Below are positions 1 to 8,744 of a stretch of 64,000 nucleotides of DNA, in pieces; positions within the stretch are counted from its first letter, which is position 1, and each line of letters opens with the position of its first letter. Below the pieces are notes generated by a model that worked only from the letters and a program-made list of their open reading frames with translations, had not been told where the DNA came from and ran no database searches. This DNA is from Actinomycetes bacterium. GTDB lineage: Bacteria; Actinomycetota; Actinomycetes; Nanopelagicales; Nanopelagicaceae. The position numbers and the translations under genes are program-made. The stretch covers positions 1,506 through 65,505 of the forward strand of contig JANXME010000326.1 of NCBI GenBank assembly GCA_025354785.1. Direction: 5' to 3'.

Positions 1-1745
1 TCCTTTCTCACTTGCAGACCGGATACTAGTTCACGGCGAAACTGAGACAGTGTTTCGCCGGTAGGCTTGCCGAGGTTTTGCATCATTGCTTGTAAAACTC
101 TTGATTGCTCTATGCCAGTTCGTCTGCGCCACAGGTCTACAGTACGGTTAAGCGCATCCATGAACTCATACTTTGGTTCGGTAGTTAAGATTGTGTCTAT
201 GACTTGTGGTAGTTCCTTGTATTGTGGGAACAATATTGCCATTTCATCACGCACCGACTGGACGGTTACGCTATCAGGCCCAGATAATGTTCTAGCTTTT
301 ATGTGGCATGTGTCTAGTGCGCCGAATACGTATTGATATGCGCCCGTTGTAAACGCTTTAGGATCAGTTATGGCCTGCCTTACAATTGACCAAGCTCTTG
401 GATTGAATAAAATGTGACGAAGTATACTTACTTCCGAATCTTTGTTCAACAGGCCAGACTTAGTCAATTTAAGTTCAGCCACAAACGATTTGATGCTGGC
501 TGGCTCAATCGTTAATTCTTGCGATAGATATGTTGCTGTTAAATCTAGATGTAATTCTGGAATGGAGGACAAGAATCCGCGTAGTTCTTGAATAACTCCA
601 AAACGATCTTTCGTTGATATATTGCCTTGTATGTCTCGTTTGGTATCAACGAAAAATTGGACCGGCAGTACAGCATCATGAAATATCTTATCTAGTGCTG
701 TCTTGCCAGACACTTTGACCATATCATCTGGCTGCGTATCGTTTGGCATTTTTGCCACCAATACATTCATGCTGTCCATTATTGCCACATCGTCTAAGAG
801 ACGAATCGAAGCGGCGCGACCTGCCGCGTCGCCATCAAAGCACACAACAACTTCTTTTACTTGATGCTCTTGCAACATCCGGATCTGCTCTTCATGCAAA
901 GATGAGCCCATCATGGCAACACCTGCACTGGCGATCGCGGCCTTTTGGCCTTCTACTACACGGATGCTATATTTTGTATCTCTAAGGGTTTTCCGGGCAA
1001 GATGGAATCCATAAAGAAGTTTATGGGTCATCAGGGGATGTTTACTGCTAGTGCCAACATACTTGCCACCGAAATCGGGCGGTGGTGAAAGCGGTTTGTT
1101 GTAAAACCGCATGGTTTTACCGGAGGGGTCCTTGACTGGGTAAACCAGGGAGTTGTTCCACATTAATCTATTTGTGAATTCGAGTTTATCAACATCATCC
1201 TGTGTTAGGCCAGGAGTGGTTGTGAATAGATGTCTTACGAGCGTGTCTACGCCTTGCGTCCATCCAACCTCATAGTCCGCAATCTGAGTGTTTGTGAATC
1301 CACTATCTATCTTATACCAGTCAATCAAGGCTTTGTTGTTAAACAATTGAGCGCAACAAAATTTGGATGCAGCGTCCATGATAGAAATGTATCTATTTTT
1401 AAGTATCTCTTCTTCAGTTGGTGGTCGCTCATATGCGGATATGTCTACGCCATATTTGACAGCTAGTAAATATATGGCTTCTGGCCACGTGAGGCCGTAA
1501 TATAACTCAGTCCACTTAACTACATCTCCACCTTTGGTGCAGCCCCAACATTTAAATATCTGCATCTGGCTATGTACGCCAAATGATGGGGAATTCTCTG
1601 AATGTAGCGGACAGCACCAGAAAGAATCATTACCTGAGATTTTGGATGGGGCTCCAATGTCATCAGATATCACTTTTACTATATCTAATTCTTTACGTAC
1701 TTTCGAATGTGCGCCCTTAATATCTGTCAACGTCTTAGTTGTCAA
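1..1745 (-). CDS. DNA primase, DnaG-like (C-terminal part lies beyond the left window edge)
   Basis: Hand translation; absent from ORF track (no ATG, runs off edge). CHC2 zinc finger CCPLHSENSPSFGVH..FKCWGCTKGGDVV and TOPRIM VVEGQKAAIA..CFDGDAAGRAA. Probable TTG start at 1745 overlapping upstream stop as TTGA (alternative TTG 1730). Confidence 0.85.
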   Translation of the reverse strand, partial: MTTKTLTDIKGAHSKVRKELDIVKVISDDIGAPSKISGNDSFWCCPLHSENSPSFGVHSQMQIFKCWGCTKGGDVVKWTELYYGLTWPEAIYLLAVKYGVDISAYERPPTEEEILKNRYISIMDAASKFCCAQLFNNKALIDWYKIDSGFTNTQIADYEVGWTQGVDTLVRHLFTTTPGLTQDDVDKLEFTNRLMWNNSLVYPVKDPSGKTMRFYNKPLSPPPDFGGKYVGTSSKHPLMTHKLLYGFHLARKTLRDTKYSIRVVEGQKAAIASAGVAMMGSSLHEEQIRMLQEHQVKEVVVCFDGDAAGRAASIRLLDDVAIMDSMNVLVAKMPNDTQPDDMVKVSGKTALDKIFHDAVLPVQFFVDTKRDIQGNISTKDRFGVIQELRGFLSSIPELHLDLTATYLSQELTIEPASIKSFVAELKLTKSGLLNKDSEVSILRHILFNPRAWSIVRQAITDPKAFTTGAYQYVFGALDTCHIKARTLSGPDSVTVQSVRDEMAILFPQYKELPQVIDTILTTEPKYEFMDALNRTVDLWRRRTGIEQSRVLQAMMQNLGKPTGETLSQFRRELVSGLQVRK

Positions 1746-2506
1746 TTTTCCTCAATATCTTTGAGCGCTTCAAGCCACTCACGTTCACGACGCCATTTTT
1801 CGGTTTTGTCCGTGCTGTCGTGTTGAATTTTTGGGCCACCATAAGACATTACTTTTGCTAATTTCTCGGCATAACGGGCTCCCATAGCCTGCTCGTGAAC
1901 GTGAGCAACCTGTTGTCTGGACGTCATGTCACGTACTACTGCATATAGATAGCTTATTTTCTTTTGTTCATCGTTAACAATGCCGTTAGCTGCATCTTTG
2001 ATAACCTGAAAATTAAATTCATCAGTGCCCAATTCGGCCATCTTATTTATTTCGGCAGCTGTGAAATCAGTCGTTACAAAGAAGGTGGTCAACCAATCGT
2101 AAAGCTGCATCGTTTTTTCGTTGGTTAAAGATCCAACGCGCAAAGGCTTCAATGGGATACTATGTTCAGATACCCAATTACTGTCCTCAAGATTCTTCAA
2201 GAGCATCACATTTAGTAGATTATCAATCTTATTTGGCTTGTAAGCCTTGTTGACAATCGTCATATATGTCTTCAAATCAAAATAGTGACAAGCTTCTTCG
2301 AATTTTATAGGCTGATATTCAGCAGCAAAATCTCGAATACATACTAGACTTGGATTTGATACTTTATATATCTGTGATGCCCTACTGGTGCCCCATGTGA
2401 TCATATCCTCAAGCAGCTTACGGGCATCCTTAGACATGGGCTTGTTGAACGACACTATGTCGGGAGCATTCAACAGCAAAGCACGTAAATTGGGGTCAAA
2501 TATCAT
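1742..2506 (-). CDS. hypothetical protein
   Basis: 254-aa co-directional ORF; ATGA overlap with upstream gene and TTGA overlap with primase start; no motif recognised. Confidence 0.6.
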   Translation of the reverse strand: MIFDPNLRALLLNAPDIVSFNKPMSKDARKLLEDMITWGTSRASQIYKVSNPSLVCIRDFAAEYQPIKFEEACHYFDLKTYMTIVNKAYKPNKIDNLLNVMLLKNLEDSNWVSEHSIPLKPLRVGSLTNEKTMQLYDWLTTFFVTTDFTAAEINKMAELGTDEFNFQVIKDAANGIVNDEQKKISYLYAVVRDMTSRQQVAHVHEQAMGARYAEKLAKVMSYGGPKIQHDSTDKTEKWRREREWLEALKDIEEN

Positions 2507-2811
2507 TCATTAAACATCGCTTTCAAGAACTCAAGCAAAGTCAACCCACCATTTTCAGACTTTCTCCATAGCAAACAAGCAGACTGAATATGGTCTGGCA
2601 GACCGAAGGGTCCGCTTATGGCACCCCCCATATAGACATATGTCCAGTGGTCATTAGCGGTGATCGCTCCCTCAATATGAATCCATGTCAGATCGGCAAA
2701 TACTGCTTGACAATAAGTCATATTGTTATACTTAAATATTGCATAGTGGCTTGAATCCACAAAATCTTTTAATTCTTCAAACACAAACGTTGATTCTTCA
2801 AACATAGACAT
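2503..2811 (-). CDS. hypothetical protein
   Basis: 102-aa ORF packed between neighbours with 1-4 nt overlaps; no motif recognised. Confidence 0.55.
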   Translation of the reverse strand: MSMFEESTFVFEELKDFVDSSHYAIFKYNNMTYCQAVFADLTWIHIEGAITANDHWTYVYMGGAISGPFGLPDHIQSACLLWRKSENGGLTLLEFLKAMFNE

Positions 2812-3242
2812 TAGAGTTCAATTTCCCAACGCGGACTGAATGGATGCTTAGTTATCTCACATTGTGTAACACGTTCAGGTCTGAAACTATGTATACGTTG
2901 ATGTATGCTACAAAACCCGTAAAAAAGTCTGCCGGTTGTCTTTTCCCTGAAACTATATGGTTCCACCAATCGTGATATGCCATCGTATGTTATCTGAAGC
3001 AACATCATCTTTCGACCAGCCTCGTGAATCATCTGAATTACATTAGATGCGTCGAGAGGGCCTGTTGGTGGTACTTCTGGTGCAGTTACGACGGGCTGGG
3101 GTGAGACAACCGGAGTCCTAACTGGTTGAACAGGGGGTGGCCGCAACGTAGGCTGCCTAACTGGCGAAGGCATACGTTGCGGCCTAGGTTGGGGGCTCCT
3201 AAAAAGTCGACGAATACGCGTCCAGAAGTCGTTAACAGCCAT
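2811..3242 (-). CDS. WYL-domain-like protein with Pro-rich N-terminus
   Basis: C-terminal LLQITYDGISRLVEPYSFREKTTGRLFYGFCSIHQRIHSFRPERV resembles the WYL signature; N-terminal PQPRPQRMPSPVRQPTLRPPPVQP is low complexity. Confidence 0.4.
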   Translation of the reverse strand: MAVNDFWTRIRRLFRSPQPRPQRMPSPVRQPTLRPPPVQPVRTPVVSPQPVVTAPEVPPTGPLDASNVIQMIHEAGRKMMLLQITYDGISRLVEPYSFREKTTGRLFYGFCSIHQRIHSFRPERVTQCEITKHPFSPRWEIEL

Positions 3243-3270
3243 TGGCCACCAGAAATAACTAAAATATGTT

Positions 3271-3552
3271 CTAACTCTTTGGATTTTCTGCGGTCTTCAA
3301 GAATGACACGATCCTGTTTTCATGTGCAACGTCCGTGCCAGCAGCCTCAGCCAATAATAGAAATTCAACCGCCTTCTTGATGCGTGTCTTACTCTCTGCG
3401 AGAGTTTCATTGATTGCTCCGACCAACGCTTTTTTGTTGTCTGAAACTTCTTGCATACTCTTGGTCTCATCGGCAATCATCTTGCGGAGCTCGGTGGTTG
3501 AAAGTTTAGCAAATCCATACGGATCACTGGGGTTTACTTGTTGGGTCGACAT
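3271..3552 (-). CDS. hypothetical protein
   Basis: 93-aa co-directional ORF; helical, charged; no motif. Confidence 0.5.
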   Translation of the reverse strand: MSTQQVNPSDPYGFAKLSTTELRKMIADETKSMQEVSDNKKALVGAINETLAESKTRIKKAVEFLLLAEAAGTDVAHENRIVSFLKTAENPKS

Positions 3553-3553
3553 A

Positions 3554-3925
3554 TTATCCTTTGCTGAGTGGGGTTAAACGTACAACATCTTGTGAGGTAA
3601 AAGCTGGACAGTTGGGTGTGTGGATGCCTTCATATTCAGGTTTGGTCGATATACAATGGGTCGTACCAGATCCTGGACGAATGGGAACATCATGTTCTAA
3701 ACAGTTGTTGCACCAAGGGCAGACTCCGCCTTCGTAGGCGTGGTAGCCAGCAACCTCAGCCTGTTTGATAAGATTCTCTAAATGTGTGACGGTAGATAAC
3801 AGGTGTGTAATTATGTTTATTAGACCATATGTGTCGACATTACCGCCGTATGGTCCAAGCGCATTCAACACTTCTTTCGAAGGCACAGACCCCACTGCGT
3901 CATCTATCACTGTATCGATATTCAT
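3554..3925 (-). CDS. hypothetical Cys/His-containing protein
   Basis: 123-aa ORF with 1-nt spacing to both neighbours; CPWCNNC..H..C cluster. Confidence 0.55.
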   Translation of the reverse strand: MNIDTVIDDAVGSVPSKEVLNALGPYGGNVDTYGLINIITHLLSTVTHLENLIKQAEVAGYHAYEGGVCPWCNNCLEHDVPIRPGSGTTHCISTKPEYEGIHTPNCPAFTSQDVVRLTPLSKG

Positions 3926-3926
3926 A

Positions 3927-5375
3927 TTATCCTAATACTATATTCCCATCGTGTTTATACTGACTACGCCGTATTGAGTGGTGCTTAGCTAAAAACGATA
4001 CATCGGTGTTGAGATCTATTAGCAGACCATTCACCTTACCCGGAGCGGCTCTTTCAACGCGTCCTTTCAGTTGTCGTATATCAGTTACATCACCTGCGAC
4101 AATTAGTGCATCCAGCGAGGGTATGTCCAGACCAGTTGATCCAAGGTCTGAGACTATGCAGAGTACCTTTTTGGTGCGCATATTATCATATGCAGTACGA
4201 CGAGCCAGCCTCTTGGTTTTACCATTAATTAAGACTGAACCTGGAATAAGGTCATGTATCGCTTGAGAAAATGCCAGCTTATGTGGTGCATATACAAAGA
4301 CTGTTCTGCCACCATTCATTAGGTCGAGCGCCAATTTAGCGATCTCTGCATGATATAGTGGATTATCCAGGATCTCTACATCGAGGCAGTGTTTAAAATT
4401 TTTGGCATTGTCAGGCGACAACACTCCGCGAAAGCCCCTCTTAAAATGTTCTTTATATTCGGTTCTGAGTGGCTGCCGATTAATGATGCTTACTATTAGA
4501 GGGGCCTTAACACCCAAGGAGATGAAATCGACCTTCCGACAGTCGTAGATGACCTCCCCGAAATGCTGTTCCAACTCAAGGTTGAATTTTTTCTCGGCTT
4601 TCTCGGCCCAACCATATGGGGTAGCAGACATTCCGAAAAACTTTTCGGTGGCCGTAAAATACGGCATAATTTTCCCGACAGTATTGGAATCGTACAGGTG
4701 GGCTTCGTCAGATATCACGACCCCCACCATATTTACGTGTCGTAACAATAATTTACGTTTATCGGCCGCCTCAATCGATTTAGCGTCGGTAATCGACGCG
4801 AAGGACTGCAGAGTAGTAACGGTGATGGGCTGTAGATCAAATTCACCATCGCCAATTACACCAATTGGCTGATCAAACAACCTAGCGAGGTTTTGCTGCA
4901 TCTGATCGAGTAATACGAGATCGGTTACCAAGACCATGGCATATTTTTTAAGTGTATTGATCATCAATGCGCACATCAGACTTTTGCCGCTACCTGTCGG
5001 GCTTACTATTATGCCCATATCTTTTGCCTCAACAACCGGCAAAAGATTTTGTTGGAACTCATAAGACTTAATCAGATGGGCATTAAACTTATGATCGATA
5101 TGTGGCGTGTGCTTCAGGTTGATCGTAACTATTGGATTATATCCATTCTCGGTCAATATTTGCACCACGCGGGGCAGCAAACCACGCCTAAAAATCGTAG
5201 TGGACGGATTGAAAAGCCGATTATATCCATCCCAGCGTTTATTAATGAAGCTCCATACATGCTCATACCCCTCGGCACGGCACTTGAGTTCTTCGTATAT
5301 TAAAGTTGTAACTGAAGGCGTTAAGGCGCTCTCGATCTTGCAATCGATATTATCTACAGATATTTTAATATCCAT
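3927..5375 (-). CDS. SF2 DEAD/DEAH-box helicase
   Basis: Walker A VSPTGSGKS, DEAH box VISDEAHLY, motif III MSATP, C-terminal helicase motifs GLDIPSLDALI and GRVER. Confidence 0.85.
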   Translation of the reverse strand: MDIKISVDNIDCKIESALTPSVTTLIYEELKCRAEGYEHVWSFINKRWDGYNRLFNPSTTIFRRGLLPRVVQILTENGYNPIVTINLKHTPHIDHKFNAHLIKSYEFQQNLLPVVEAKDMGIIVSPTGSGKSLMCALMINTLKKYAMVLVTDLVLLDQMQQNLARLFDQPIGVIGDGEFDLQPITVTTLQSFASITDAKSIEAADKRKLLLRHVNMVGVVISDEAHLYDSNTVGKIMPYFTATEKFFGMSATPYGWAEKAEKKFNLELEQHFGEVIYDCRKVDFISLGVKAPLIVSIINRQPLRTEYKEHFKRGFRGVLSPDNAKNFKHCLDVEILDNPLYHAEIAKLALDLMNGGRTVFVYAPHKLAFSQAIHDLIPGSVLINGKTKRLARRTAYDNMRTKKVLCIVSDLGSTGLDIPSLDALIVAGDVTDIRQLKGRVERAAPGKVNGLLIDLNTDVSFLAKHHSIRRSQYKHDGNIVLG

Positions 5376-5758
5376 TAGAAAGCTGCGCGAGGCTGCTGGA
5401 CGCCCGTGATCATGCGCGAAGCAGTCTCTCGAATTGCCTCAAGGGTCTGAATGGTTCGGTAGAGGATGTCCTTGCGCTTATTCATACTCTCGGCCATCTC
5501 TTTGGTGGTTGTCTGACCTGAAGAACGTATCGAAGTCTGTGTCGGGGTGGCTCCAACCACTGTCACATATAGTTCTGTGGCAAATGATTGGCGGTTGGCC
5601 AGTTCGGCGAGCATCGGAACTAGTACTCCAGGTATGTTGAGTGTTTCATTGGGCCCCGGCTTGGGTAGGCGCACATTGAGCAGGGTTGAGGCCGCCCATA
5701 GACCTAGTTCGAGTGGGTCGGTAGTGGTTACGTTTAATATGGTGACGTCTGGGAGCAT
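5375..5758 (-). CDS. hypothetical protein
   Basis: 127-aa co-directional ORF; start abuts HNH remnant, stop overlaps helicase start by 1 nt. Confidence 0.5.
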   Translation of the reverse strand: MLPDVTILNVTTTDPLELGLWAASTLLNVRLPKPGPNETLNIPGVLVPMLAELANRQSFATELYVTVVGATPTQTSIRSSGQTTTKEMAESMNKRKDILYRTIQTLEAIRETASRMITGVQQPRAAF

Positions 5759-6281
5759 TTATTTTCCGTTTGCAAGAACTGTGCCATTTAACTGATTAAA
5801 TCTTAACTGATGTGGACATATACGCTCTGGGCTATGTGATTTACCAAACTGGCAGTTCATGCACAATACCTGAAATCCGGCCGGAAAATCATTGTCACGT
5901 AACCAATAATAGATAAATGCTGGTCCGTGGCCCTGTGATATAAGTGCTCGTCTATGTTCAGCGCCATCTTCATTTATGTGATCGATACTTAAGAACAATA
6001 ATGTCGTCTCGCCACAGCACACATGTGCCACCATATCCATTAATTACATCTAATCTTAATTTTTGATTTAATCTTCGCTTCTCAGTCTTAATTTTCAATG
6101 GATCTTTGGCCACTAGCCTTGCCCGGTAGCATCGTATGCAGTCTACGTATCTAGATTTGCCCTTTGGTAGTCCACATGTATGGCATGGCGTAGTCGATAA
6201 AGGTCGTTGGGCGTATTCACAGATGTAGCAACGTTTGCGCCTAGGTGCTGCGGGTCTTTCGCAATCATAGCACTTCCTCAT
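5759..6281 (-). pseudogene. HNH endonuclease (family A), split by a frameshift
   Basis: ORF 5970..6281 carries the Zn-ribbon N-domain up to INGYGGTCV. ORF 5759..6040 in another frame carries CCGETTLLFLSIDHINEDGAEHRR..LCMNCQ. Intact paralogues at 34674 and 51145. Junction lies in GGCACATGTGTGCTGTGGC (6011-6029). Confidence 0.75.
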
Positions 6282-6907
6282 AGTATTTCCAATGCTGCAT
6301 CACCCATGTTGATTGCATCTGCTATATTATCATTCTTGCCAATCTGATCAATCAAATCTTTATGATTTAGATTTGCTATATGGATAGATAACCTCTTCGC
6401 ATCATATCTGGTAACTATCTTACCATCAATCTTAGCTATCTTAGCTCCGGATCTAGTTGGTACCGCCTTACGCTTTATCTTGCCAATTTCTTTATTCCAT
6501 TTTTGTATGTCAGGCCACTGAGATATGTAGCACCTGCAATACTTACGCCAGTCTGAATTCAATAGATATCTAGTCTTGGTTCCCATTGATGAGTCAAAGT
6601 GGGCGAAATGTATGAACTCTAATAAACGTTGGCTAACCCTATGTTTACTGCCCTCGGTATGCTCTGTAACTATCAGTGGCTCACCTAGGCTGATCCACAA
6701 CTCTAGACACATTTTGCTCATAGAGCGAGCTGCATTAATTAGGTTTTGTGGATATGTTATGGGGACATCTCTATATGACCTTAGCTCAGATATGTAATCG
6801 ATTACTTTTACATCGAATGATCCAACGGAGACTAACTTATTGTCGCCATAATATGCCCAACCGGTGTGTGTACTCAAGTCTAGCGACAATAAGTTAGAGG
6901 CCTTCAT
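6278..6907 (-). CDS. RuvC-like Holliday junction resolvase (RNase H fold)
   Basis: Catalytic-acid motifs LSLDLSTHTGWAY, VTEHTEG and NIADAINMGD in RuvC-like order; lies next to recombinase. Confidence 0.6.
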   Translation of the reverse strand: MKASNLLSLDLSTHTGWAYYGDNKLVSVGSFDVKVIDYISELRSYRDVPITYPQNLINAARSMSKMCLELWISLGEPLIVTEHTEGSKHRVSQRLLEFIHFAHFDSSMGTKTRYLLNSDWRKYCRCYISQWPDIQKWNKEIGKIKRKAVPTRSGAKIAKIDGKIVTRYDAKRLSIHIANLNHKDLIDQIGKNDNIADAINMGDAALEIL

Positions 6908-6913
6908 TATGTA

Positions 6914-7432
6914 TTACAATTTGGTGACTGATGCCGGGAATTTTGCCACATGTGCCAATAGATCCTTATTCTCTGGTCTATATAGCCATTCGCGATCTAC
7001 TCCGACTACACCGTTGTTAGCCGCCGATTTGATTGCATAAAGTGGAATTGCGCGCTTATCATTTGGACGCTCTTTACCATTGCTTTGCATGCCGCCAATG
7101 AATCCATTGATGTCGAACCACTCAACAAATCCGTTAACACCAGTGCTGCAATCTACTGGAACATACACAACTGCACTGAGAACCTTAACTGGGGCGACAT
7201 CAGTTACATCATCAAGAGCATCAAAAAGCTCTTCGTTGCCCAATTCAAATAAGCGGGATGTGTCCATCTTAAACATGTCTGCGCATAGAACATCGAGCTC
7301 ATCTAAAGTGCTTAGCAATTTTTCTTTACGAACCTCATGCCATTTCGCTCGCTCACTAAGAGCTAATGCTTGCGATGCTAGTTTGGTTGCCTGTAATGCA
7401 AGTTCCTTAGCTACATCCTGTCGTATACTCAT
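6914..7432 (-). CDS. hypothetical protein
   Basis: Track ORF 6914..7576 reads through a tRNA-like gene. MSIRQDV start at 7432 is preceded by AAGGAG. Confidence 0.55.
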   Translation of the reverse strand: MSIRQDVAKELALQATKLASQALALSERAKWHEVRKEKLLSTLDELDVLCADMFKMDTSRLFELGNEELFDALDDVTDVAPVKVLSAVVYVPVDCSTGVNGFVEWFDINGFIGGMQSNGKERPNDKRAIPLYAIKSAANNGVVGVDREWLYRPENKDLLAHVAKFPASVTKL

Positions 7433-7454
7433 ATCCTTTACAACTCCTTTCCTT

Positions 7455-7473
7455 CCTCTACAATATGTAGAGG
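7455..7473. repeat. perfect 8-bp inverted repeat hairpin (CCTCTACA ATA TGTAGAGG)
   Basis: Read directly. Lies between the tRNA-like gene and the SD of the next gene; no U-run follows, so not a classic terminator. Confidence 0.6.
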
Positions 7474-7481
7474 TACTGCAA

Positions 7482-7594
7482 TGCACATGGTTGGAGTTGA
7501 ACCAACGACCTGGGGCTTTCACGCCCCCCGCTCTACCAATCCTTCCCGTAGTTTCCGGACTCAATAAGGAAGGCACATCCTGAGCTACCTGTGC
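7482..7594 (-). tRNA. tRNA-like gene (Phe-GAA-like) with about 38-nt insertion in the D-loop and irregular anticodon loop
   Basis: Minus strand: GCACAGG TA GCTC AGG [ATGTGCCTTCCTTATTGAGTCCGGAAACTACGGGAAGG] ATTGGTA GAGC GGGGGG CGTGAAAG CCCC AGGTC GTTGG TTCAACT CCAAC CATGTGC A. Acceptor 6/7 bp, good T arm, no U33. Confidence 0.5.
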
Positions 7595-7603
7595 AAGTCT
7601 TCT

Positions 7604-8740
7604 TTAACTCGGTCCGTTTAATACTTCGTCACGGATCTTGTTTACCACTTCAACTGGCGCGGCACGCAATTGTTTGATAAAATTATCTTCACCATTCTCT
7701 TTAATGTCACCCCAGCCATACCATGATGAAGTTTGCTTAATTACTCCACACATGAGTGCTGTTTGGAAGACATCTTTATAGATATCTACCCCAGCATAAT
7801 ATTGAACACCCTTCTCGTCAGTTACAGTCTCAAACAAGACGTCATATTCGATACTGTTCTGAGGAATGGTGGCTGTCTTGTTCTTATGCAAAGTCGCCTT
7901 TACTCTGACACCGATCTTGCGCATCTCATATCCATTGCCGGCACTATTTGGCACGGATCGTACAATATCGTCACGATCGTAGTTCTGTGTCTGGAGTGAG
8001 TAAGACGCAAAAAATTTGAGCGCTGCACCACCGGTATGATCTTCAGTCGGCCCATGCATAACCATTGGCTTATACCGCATTTGGTTGACAAACCAAACGA
8101 TTGGTGTTCTGAAGGCATTAAGGAATGCATTAACCTGCTGCAAGCCTTCAGCCATCATCTGCGCCTGGGTGGCCTTTTGTCCTTGTCCAATGACTGCGGT
8201 GAGTCTTGAACTCGGAATTAAAGCAGGCACTGAGTCAACAATGATCATCTCAATGCCATTCTGAATGAGAATTCCGAGCAGATTGAAATAATCTTCGCCT
8301 GTTAACAGACGCTCTGGTGTGCTGCGGAATAACATTAGCTTATTTGGGTCAACACCCACAGCCGCTGCCATTGATGGACTGTAGGTATTCTCTGCGTCCA
8401 AAAATGCAACCCGCCCTTCGCCAGTTAGATTGGTTGACGAAGGCTCAAATTTGAGCCTTTGGATGTTAGCTGCGACGGTTAATGCAGTGAGTGTCTTACC
8501 ACTGCCCTCCCATCCGAATATGTTAAACACCCGTCCACCAAGCAGACACCCCGTGCCTAGATATTTATCTAGGGATAGAATGCCTGTAGGGTACTTGCGA
8601 ATATGGTTGGTGTCGAACTCCTCGGTATCGCTAGCCAGCGCACTGACCGTGCCACCCATCAATTTATTGATAGAAGCACTAAGGCTAGAAAGATCCTTGC
8701 CCTTTGGAAGGACATACTTCTCTTCTTTTTCTTTTGCCAT
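7604..8740 (-). CDS. RecA-family recombinase
   Basis: Walker A GWEGSGKTLTAL, Walker B IIVDSVPAL; RecA-like core length; neighbours are resolvase and SSB-like gene. Confidence 0.8.
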   Translation of the reverse strand: MAKEKEEKYVLPKGKDLSSLSASINKLMGGTVSALASDTEEFDTNHIRKYPTGILSLDKYLGTGCLLGGRVFNIFGWEGSGKTLTALTVAANIQRLKFEPSSTNLTGEGRVAFLDAENTYSPSMAAAVGVDPNKLMLFRSTPERLLTGEDYFNLLGILIQNGIEMIIVDSVPALIPSSRLTAVIGQGQKATQAQMMAEGLQQVNAFLNAFRTPIVWFVNQMRYKPMVMHGPTEDHTGGAALKFFASYSLQTQNYDRDDIVRSVPNSAGNGYEMRKIGVRVKATLHKNKTATIPQNSIEYDVLFETVTDEKGVQYYAGVDIYKDVFQTALMCGVIKQTSSWYGWGDIKENGEDNFIKQLRAAPVEVVNKIRDEVLNGPS

Positions 8741-8744
8741 TGAG

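Noticed and set aside
6914-7576. N-terminal extension of the 220-aa track ORF (MPSLLSPETTGRIGRAGG..). Similar extensions occur at 62363..62704 and 52167..53537.
   Set aside because: The extensions translate through tRNA-like sequence or upstream genes. Internal ATGs with an SD or an ATGA overlap give better starts.
7080-7583. 167-aa plus-strand ORF. Similar long antisense ORFs lie at 24218..24868, 15857..16297, 14806..15318, 49365..49844, 60193..60654 and 52924..53361.
   Set aside because: All lie fully antisense to longer motif-bearing or tightly packed minus-strand genes and have low-complexity Ser/Ala/Arg-rich translations. They are shadow ORFs.
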